Position numbers and translations under genes: made by a program. The notes beneath the pieces are model-generated. The model ran no database searches. It worked only from the letters and a program-made list of their open reading frames with translations, and had not been told where the DNA came from. Of a stretch of DNA of 22,739 bases, positions 17,115 through 22,739 are shown one piece after another. Positions within the stretch are counted from its first letter, which is position 1, and each line of letters opens with the position of its first letter. The DNA is from Candidatus Altiarchaeota archaeon (GTDB taxonomy: Archaea; Altiarchaeota; Altiarchaeia; IMC4; SCGC-AAA252-I15), in contig JAZDIN010000027.1 in assembly GCA_043804895.1 (NCBI GenBank), positions 1 through 22,739 on the forward strand, written 5' to 3'.

Positions 17115-17701
17115 ATGGTAAATTGGTTAAAATATTGCAACCGTTCCTGCAGGATTTGAATTCCATCCACCATGGAAGCGAGATAGCCAGAGTATATGGC
17201 CTAAACCAGAAGACTGTCTCGAACCTTCTAAACCGGCTGGAGGCGGAGGGCCTCCTGAAAAGCAAGATGAGCGGGAAGAACAAGGAATTCACGATGTCAT
17301 TCGACGACAGGGAAAAGACTATGAGATTACTAATGTCTGCTGAAAATGCCAGGACAATAATGTTCATGGACGATAACCCAAGGGTGAAAGAGATCCTGTC
17401 TAAGGTCAAAAGACACATGCAAGGCATTGTCATCATATTCGGCAGCTACGCGAAAGGCCTGCAAAAGAAGGATTCAGACTTGGATTTGTTCCTCGTGGGG
17501 GAATATCACTCTAAGGAAGTTGAGAAAATATCGCAAATGTACGGGCTGAATATGAGCGTCAAACAGATGATGCCGGATGACTTCAAAGAAGCACTAAGGG
17601 CGAAGGAGGTTCTAATCAGGGAGGTAGCCTCCCACCATATCCTAGTGCAAGGTCTGGAGGACTACTTTGACGCAGTATCGAGGGAGTACTATGGAAGATA
17701 A
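17105..17701 (+). CDS. Winged-HTH plus minimal nucleotidyltransferase (MNT) antitoxin
   Basis: SEIARVYGLNQKTVSNLLNRLEAEGLL (wHTH); FGSYAKGLQKKDSDLD (GS-x10-DxD). Confidence 0.9.
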   Translation: MILNGKLVKILQPFLQDLNSIHHGSEIARVYGLNQKTVSNLLNRLEAEGLLKSKMSGKNKEFTMSFDDREKTMRLLMSAENARTIMFMDDNPRVKEILSKVKRHMQGIVIIFGSYAKGLQKKDSDLDLFLVGEYHSKEVEKISQMYGLNMSVKQMMPDDFKEALRAKEVLIREVASHHILVQGLEDYFDAVSREYYGR

Positions 17702-18170
17702 GATGACATGGTGCGTGAAACAAAAACGCGGTATAGAGCTGATAGAACCGAACGAGAACCTAGCCAAAGCATACCTACTCAAAGCAGAGAACGCCCTAGC
17801 TTCAATGAAAGCCAACCAAGGCAACACCGAGTGGGAGATATCTTCAGCATACTACACGATGTACTTTGCAACATACGCCCTACTCATGAAAATCGGCGTA
17901 AAATCCGAAATACACACTTGCACTATCGAATTCGCCAAAAGCTATCTAAAAGACCACTTCAAAGCCGAAGAATTGGAAACGTTGAGTATAGCCCAGGGAA
18001 CAAGAGTGGACGTACAATACTACGTGGGCAGGAACGTCAACACCAAAACACAAGACAAGATTAAACACATGGCTGCTGATTACCTCATAAAATGCAGACA
18101 TCTCCTGCCCAAGATAAAAGAGGCAGAGCTAAACAAAATAAGAGAAGACATAACTAAGAGGATGAAATGA
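17691..18170 (+). CDS. HEPN-domain protein (MNT-HEPN partner)
   Basis: AYL.KAE.AL, AYY.MY...YALL...G.KSE.H, R-x4-Y motif RVDVQY. The start was moved to ATG 17691 (GGGAG upstream). Confidence 0.88.
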   Translation: MEDKMTWCVKQKRGIELIEPNENLAKAYLLKAENALASMKANQGNTEWEISSAYYTMYFATYALLMKIGVKSEIHTCTIEFAKSYLKDHFKAEELETLSIAQGTRVDVQYYVGRNVNTKTQDKIKHMAADYLIKCRHLLPKIKEAELNKIREDITKRMK

Positions 18171-18203
18171 TACTACTGAAGCCACTGATTGAACCCACCC
18201 TGC

Positions 18204-18311
18204 ATACTAACCAACACTACGGTCACAATCACATACGACGCCAACGGTAATATGCTATCCGATGGCAGTCACGTCTTCGTCTACAACGATGGTAACCGGC
18301 TAGCTAGAGTC
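18204..18311 (+). pseudogene. Fragment B': second copy of the YD-repeat segment
   Basis: ILTNTTVTITYDANGNMLSDGSHVFVYNDGNRLARV vs 16888-16995: 24/36 aa identical. Confidence 0.85.
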
Positions 18312-18731
18312 CTATTTTTTTCGTCGCAGTATTATTTCTGTCGTGCCGGCCTTTATTCTTCCTTTCTCTAGGAGTTCCTTCAGTTGGGCTGCGTCTACCT
18401 CTATGACCTTATCCCCTGCTGATTTGAGTCCTATGTCCCGGCCTATGACTTCCTCGGCCTCTCCGGCGTCGAAGAATATGCCACACCTGCAGTTCTCAAG
18501 GATGACGGAGTTCAGTTCCGCCACGTTCATCTTCTTATCGCATCTGGGGCAGGATGAGTTGCTTCGCTCCTTCTCTACCAGCTCGTGTTCCGTGACCTTC
18601 CCGTCTGAGACGCGCTGTAGTTCGCCCCAGTCCATCCACACGCCGCCGCACTTCCCGCAGACGTCCAACTCCACCCCGTTCACAGTCTTCCGGTTCATCT
18701 CCTTCCCGTCTTTAGGGCATTTCACCATCAC
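18312..18731 (-). CDS. Tandem zf-TFIIB-like zinc-ribbon protein
   Basis: CPKD...M...VELDVCGKCGGVWMDWGEL and CPRC..KM.....ENCRCGIFFDAGE. Confidence 0.85.
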   Translation of the reverse strand: MMVKCPKDGKEMNRKTVNGVELDVCGKCGGVWMDWGELQRVSDGKVTEHELVEKERSNSSCPRCDKKMNVAELNSVILENCRCGIFFDAGEAEEVIGRDIGLKSAGDKVIEVDAAQLKELLEKGRIKAGTTEIILRRKK

Positions 18732-18732
18732 T

Positions 18733-19152
18733 TCACCTCCAATCGGGCCTCACCCACGTCCTGAACATCACATCAACTAGTTTCGGCAGCTTGGAGACTA
18801 TGTCCATCACAGTCACAATCCCCACGGCCTTGTTCATTTCGTCTACGACGACGAGCCTCCTCACGTTTTTCTCGCTCATGAGCTTCGCGGCGGCCTCCAC
18901 AGTCTCCAGCATCTTCACTGTCAACACAGGCTTCGACATCACGTCCCCGACTGTCGTCTTGTAGATGTCCCTGTCAGCGACAAGCACCCTCCTGCAGATG
19001 TCCTTCATCGTCACCACCCCCGCGGCCTTCCGCTCATCCTCCACAATCACGCCGCTTATGTTGTTTGCGACCATCAACTTCAGGGCCGCGTAGATGGTCT
19101 CCCTGGGTTTCACCATCACCAGCCGGGCTGACATGACATCCTTGACTAGCAT
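18733..19152 (-). CDS. Stand-alone CBS-pair protein
   Basis: VKDVMS, GVVT.KDI, VGDVMSKP, VRRLVVVD, VGIVT..DI. Confidence 0.93.
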   Translation of the reverse strand: MLVKDVMSARLVMVKPRETIYAALKLMVANNISGVIVEDERKAAGVVTMKDICRRVLVADRDIYKTTVGDVMSKPVLTVKMLETVEAAAKLMSEKNVRRLVVVDEMNKAVGIVTVMDIVSKLPKLVDVMFRTWVRPDWR

Positions 19153-19187
19153 ACGTTATGAATGGCGTCTAAGGCAATAAAAGTAGG

Positions 19188-19460
19188 TTACGCGACTTTC
19201 CCGAGTGCCTCATCGACTTTCCTTTTGACTTGTTCGAGTTTGTCTTTGAGGCTGTCGCCTTTGTTGACGTATTCGATTATGAGGCCTGCTTTGGTGCACT
19301 CGTCTAGCATGGCCTTGTTGTATATGGGTGCGTTGATTTTGATGTCCTCCTTGAGCGGGCTTCCAAGTATTACGTCGATGCAATCGAACTTCGCTGTGCG
19401 CTCGACAATGTATCCTCCGAGGTTAATCACCATCCCGCTTTCTATCACAATCTTCGGCAT
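19188..19460 (-). CDS. ehbP: Energy-converting hydrogenase B subunit P
   Basis: LGGYIVE, IKI.AP.Y, GL.I; position after the NuoH-like subunit. Confidence 0.75.
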   Translation of the reverse strand: MPKIVIESGMVINLGGYIVERTAKFDCIDVILGSPLKEDIKINAPIYNKAMLDECTKAGLIIEYVNKGDSLKDKLEQVKRKVDEALGKVA

Positions 19461-20428
19461 CAGAGCACCCCCATGACGTTGACTGCTAGGGCCACGAGGC
19501 CTGCGACTGTGAGTTTGTACGATATCGGGTAAATCTGTTTGAAGGTGAGCACTGGGCTGTAGGCTTTGAGTATGGCTGCGAGGATTGGCATCACTAGGGC
19601 GAGGGCCAGGTGCACTGCAGCTGTGTTGGCGTTGTTAACGTCTAATGGTACTCCAAGGTAGAGTGTGACGAAGACGCTGGAGAGTGTGAACATGACGAAG
19701 CCTTTCATCACGTACGTGAGCGCCCTCCACGTTGCAGCGTACTCCATCCACGGGCCTTCCATTATGTCGACCTTCGGTTTTATTATGTCGAATGGGCGGT
19801 TGTTGGCGATTATGTTGAATCCCATGAAGTATATGAAGGCCATGAAGGCTCCGGTTATGGTGAAAATGGCCGGCTTGCCCGAAAGGACTGTGGCGACGTC
19901 CATGGACCCTGCCGCGGCGAAGGGGAGTATCAAAGCGACGTAGTACGGGAAGGAGCCTAGTGTTATCATCTTCAGTGAGCGTACTGCTGCGACGTCTTCG
20001 AAGAAGCTCCTCACACCCTCCTCCTTCGCGCCCTTGAGTATGTCCGGGTACGGCATGCTCTCGCTCATCACAGACCTGCTGAAGGAGCCCATGAACAGGT
20101 ACGTGGCCTCCTCGACTTTCAGCAGGCCTGCGATTCCAAGGAGGCTTGCGAAGCCGAGGAACCCATACCATGGGGGCGTCGTGAAGAGTAGTATGAGCGC
20201 TGTAGCGGCGAGGCCTGCGAGGAGGAACAGGTGGTACATGGCCGGGTTCGGGGAGTCTGGTCTCACGTTCTCCTTGTGCATGAACTTGAGTGCGCTCCAC
20301 AGCCCCGGTGTCGTTAACGGCGGCCCGTACCGTTGCTGTATCCTCGCCTGAATCTTCCTCTCAAGTCCTAGGATTAGGAGCGACATTATGAGCGCTATCA
20401 CGAGTATGATGGCGCTTTCGATTATCAT
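19460..20428 (-). CDS. ehbO: Energy-converting hydrogenase B membrane subunit O (NuoH-like)
   Basis: GLERKIQARIQQRYGPP, RPFDI, EGP..EY. The start was moved to ATG 20428 (ATGA overlap, SD GAGGTGA). Confidence 0.88.
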   Translation of the reverse strand: MIIESAIILVIALIMSLLILGLERKIQARIQQRYGPPLTTPGLWSALKFMHKENVRPDSPNPAMYHLFLLAGLAATALILLFTTPPWYGFLGFASLLGIAGLLKVEEATYLFMGSFSRSVMSESMPYPDILKGAKEEGVRSFFEDVAAVRSLKMITLGSFPYYVALILPFAAAGSMDVATVLSGKPAIFTITGAFMAFIYFMGFNIIANNRPFDIIKPKVDIMEGPWMEYAATWRALTYVMKGFVMFTLSSVFVTLYLGVPLDVNNANTAAVHLALALVMPILAAILKAYSPVLTFKQIYPISYKLTVAGLVALAVNVMGVL

Positions 20429-21573
20429 CTCCTCACCTCGATGAGCCTCTCCTTCCCCGTCTTCCTGTCCACAACCAACGCCCGGTTCGAGCATGAGAGG
20501 CATGGGTCGCAGCTTATTATCGTCAAGAGGGCGTCTGTGAGCTGGTCTCCTATGCAGGCCTTTTCCATCGAGGCTAGGTTCGGCGGGGTGGGGGTCCTTA
20601 TTCTGTAGTTCCTGGCCTTCCCCTGCCCGTCAATCCAGAGTGTGTGGAATAGTTCCCCCCTTGGCGCTTCGATGTAGGTGGCTGCGATTTCGGTGTCGAA
20701 CTTCATCTTCGGCGTTGATATGACCTCTCCTGGAGGAATCTCATCCAACACCTGCCTTACTATGTGCATGCTCTCGAACAGTTCGAGGAATCTCACGAGT
20801 AGCCTGTCTTTGACGTCACAGTCCTTCAGCACGATGTATTTGAAGTCGAAGTCGTCGTACTCTGGCATCTCATGTCTCATATCGTTGTCTATTCCCGAGC
20901 CCCGGGCTGTGGGGCCAACTGCGTGCAGTTCCTTTGCAGTCTTCTTGTCGAGTATTCCTATACCGGTAATCCTTGACATCACCATCGGGTCTGTGGTGAC
21001 CCTCCCAGCAAAGGCTTTCAGGTCCTTCTCCAGTGTGTTGAGGAGCGGGTTAATCTTGTTTAGTGTGTCTTTCGTCGGGTCAGAGCGTGGTCGGACTCCT
21101 CCAATCACCGGGACCGCGTAGTGCACCCTGTTCCCTGTAAGCTCGTAGAGCATCCTCATCACCGGCTCCCTGAGCGCGAAGCTCCTGTATGTGAACGTCT
21201 CCTGGCCGAGTGTTTCGCATCCGTGGGCGAGGAAGAAGAGGTGCGAGTGTATCCTCTCAAGTTCTGCTATTAGGACGCGGATGTACTGCGCCCTATCGGG
21301 GACTTCCACCCCCATCGCCTTCTCAGTGACCCTGATGCTGTTCCACAGGTGGAAGTGGCTGCAAAGGCCGCATATCTTCTCGACTATCATATGGGCTTTC
21401 TTTATCGGTATCCCCTCCAGGAGCCTTTCTATCCCGCGGTGTGCTGCGTTGTATGTTATCTCACAGTCGACTACGGTCTCATCCTCAACCCAGAAGCGCG
21501 TCCTGAACGGTTCAATCAATACCTGATGCACGGTACCCACGTCCACCTCCACTAGGTTGCTTCGGTCCATCAT
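20425..21573 (-). CDS. ehbN: Group 4 [NiFe]-hydrogenase large subunit (EhbN)
   Basis: HRGIE, L1 EKICGLCS, L2 DPCLSCSNR plus C-terminal extension, EAPRGE, RTPT. Confidence 0.93.
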   Translation of the reverse strand: MMDRSNLVEVDVGTVHQVLIEPFRTRFWVEDETVVDCEITYNAAHRGIERLLEGIPIKKAHMIVEKICGLCSHFHLWNSIRVTEKAMGVEVPDRAQYIRVLIAELERIHSHLFFLAHGCETLGQETFTYRSFALREPVMRMLYELTGNRVHYAVPVIGGVRPRSDPTKDTLNKINPLLNTLEKDLKAFAGRVTTDPMVMSRITGIGILDKKTAKELHAVGPTARGSGIDNDMRHEMPEYDDFDFKYIVLKDCDVKDRLLVRFLELFESMHIVRQVLDEIPPGEVISTPKMKFDTEIAATYIEAPRGELFHTLWIDGQGKARNYRIRTPTPPNLASMEKACIGDQLTDALLTIISCDPCLSCSNRALVVDRKTGKERLIEVRR

Positions 21574-22019
21574 CTAGCCTCCATCACCTTAGGTATGACT
21601 GATGCCACAGCCCTTATTATCTCCTCTGGTTGGGGGGCGCAGCCCCTGGCTATCGCATCCACTTGGATTATCTTATGGAGCGGTCCTGCGATCTGGTCGC
21701 TTGGCCCAAGTTCTCCGTAGACGTTCAGGTATATGCCGCCTACCGCAGGGCATGCTCCGACTGCGACGACTGCCTTCGGGTTCGGTATTTTCTCGTATAT
21801 CTCCTTAAGCTGCGATTCGGTGCGTTTCGTCACCGGGCCTGTCACGAGGAGTATGTCAGCCTCCCTCGGGTTGAATGTCAGCATCACCTTGTACTGTTCG
21901 AGGTCGTAGTACGGGGAGAAGAGCGCGTTCAGAACTTCTATCTCGCAGCCGTTGCAGCCTCCAGTGTATGCGAGCATTATGTGCACGGACCTTTTGCGAG
22001 ATAATTTCTTGAACATCAT
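21570..22019 (-). CDS. ehbM: [NiFe]-hydrogenase small subunit (EhbM)
   Basis: GGCNGCEIE, NPREADILLVTGPVT, GACP, GCAP. Confidence 0.92.
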   Translation of the reverse strand: MMFKKLSRKRSVHIMLAYTGGCNGCEIEVLNALFSPYYDLEQYKVMLTFNPREADILLVTGPVTKRTESQLKEIYEKIPNPKAVVAVGACPAVGGIYLNVYGELGPSDQIAGPLHKIIQVDAIARGCAPQPEEIIRAVASVIPKVMEAR

Positions 22020-22453
22020 CCGCCTCCCTTCGCCTTCTCATCCATGTCCTTGAACAGCTCCCACGCCTTCACGCCGCTCTTCCTTACCCCTCTCGGGTGT
22101 ATGGCTGCCTGCTGGCGGTGCGCCACGTACATGGGGCAGGTGTCGTGGCATTGGAAGCAGAACATGCACTTCTCATGGTCTATCTCAGGGTATTTCTCCT
22201 TGTACTGGCCTTCCCTCAGCTTCACCTTCTCTGGGAGCGGCTTCATGGTGATGCATTTCACTGGGCATATCCTTGAGCAGACTCCGCAGCCCATGCAAAG
22301 GTCCACGTCTACTGTGTCAGGGTACTTCACCTTCCCTGAAAGTATGGTCTTCCTGATGCCCTTGTCTGTGAGCCTTCCAGTCCCAAGGAGTATCTTGGGC
22401 ACGTTATGGGCCCCGCATATGATGTGCTTCAGAGATTGTGTCAGCGCGTTCAT
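22016..22453 (-). CDS. ehbL: 2x[4Fe-4S] subunit (EhbL)
   Basis: CMGCGVCSRICP and CMFCFQCHDTCP...AIHPR. Confidence 0.85.
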   Translation of the reverse strand: MNALTQSLKHIICGAHNVPKILLGTGRLTDKGIRKTILSGKVKYPDTVDVDLCMGCGVCSRICPVKCITMKPLPEKVKLREGQYKEKYPEIDHEKCMFCFQCHDTCPMYVAHRQQAAIHPRGVRKSGVKAWELFKDMDEKAKGGG

Positions 22454-22659
22454 CCCTTCCTCCTGCTGCCTGCCAGTACCCCGGCGAGGGCGGCAGCGTA
22501 TGTCACTGCAATATAGGGCATCTCATAATACGGGTAGTTCCCAAGTAATATGGCGAGAACGACCCCGGATATCACTAGAATGTACGGGTTCGGCCTCCCG
22601 GTCATCCTCCCGTAGAGGATGCCGAGGATGAATGCGATGATAAATATTATGGGGTTCAT
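22450..22659 (-). CDS. ehbJ: Small membrane subunit, EhbJ-like
   Basis: Three hydrophobic segments, AFILG, LG.YPYY, A..GVL.G; position after the EhbI-like gene. Confidence 0.65.
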   Translation of the reverse strand: MNPIIFIIAFILGILYGRMTGRPNPYILVISGVVLAILLGNYPYYEMPYIAVTYAAALAGVLAGSRRKG

Positions 22660-22739
22660 TTCTTTCCTCCGAGGAGTATGAGCACGATTGTCGTCAGGCC
22701 TGCCGAGACTTTTATCAGCACTGCGACGTTTAGGTAGGG
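22656..22739 (-). CDS. ehbI: C-terminus of an MnhB-like membrane subunit (EhbI), partial
   Basis: PYLNVAVLIKVSAGLTTIVLILLGGKK*, with ATGA overlap into the next gene. Confidence 0.7.
   Translation of the reverse strand, partial: PYLNVAVLIKVSAGLTTIVLILLGGKK

Noticed and set aside
16645-18311. Integron cassette array (attC sites) as an explanation of the TA cassettes
   Set aside because: The spacers are protein-coding remnants. No RYYYAAC...GTTRRRY imperfect inverted repeat could be built, and no integrase is present in the window.
18189-18371. Intact 60-aa gene
   Set aside because: TTG start with no RBS. Homology stops at 18311 and the rest is antisense to the zinc-ribbon gene, so it was treated as a remnant.
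20429-20503. Longer EhbO start given by the ORF track
   Set aside because: It overlaps the EhbN C-terminus; ATG 20428 has an SD and an ATGA coupling.
655-22631. Numerous antisense or alternate-frame ORFs (e.g. 2522..3031, 8991..9581, 19635..20300, 22044..22631)
   Set aside because: They are shadows of well-supported genes and carry no recognisable motifs.
1-22739. CRISPR array, rRNA, inteins
   Set aside because: No regularly spaced repeats and no rRNA-like segment. Protein lengths are normal, with no intein splice motifs.

Overview
Gene-dense archaeal chromosomal window. The lineage is an inference: the DPANN-like informational genes plus an Ehb hydrogenase would fit Altiarchaeota or a relative. 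From left to right it contains: the left end of a probable IS481-like element; an rpl7ae-rps28e-rpl24e-ndk-rps19e-PDCD5 operon whose 5' leader has a three-way-junction structure and an L7Ae k-turn over the Shine-Dalgarno; housekeeping genes (metallophosphoesterase, MBL hydrolase, GT-C glycosyltransferase, glmS, dapA, creatininase family, nac, thpR); a cluster of two convergent single-domain KaiC-like ATPases, sepF and a divergent orc1/cdc6; an MFS transporter; a ~2.4 kb accessory island; and the distal part of an energy-converting hydrogenase B operon (ehbI-J-L-M-N-O-P, with ehbK missing from its usual place). The island is the most unusual feature. Each of its two toxin-antitoxin pairs (AbrB-RelE and wHTH-MNT-HEPN) is bracketed by a pair of synonymously diverged, directly repeated fragments of an Rhs/YD-repeat surface protein (A-TA1-A'B-TA2-B').
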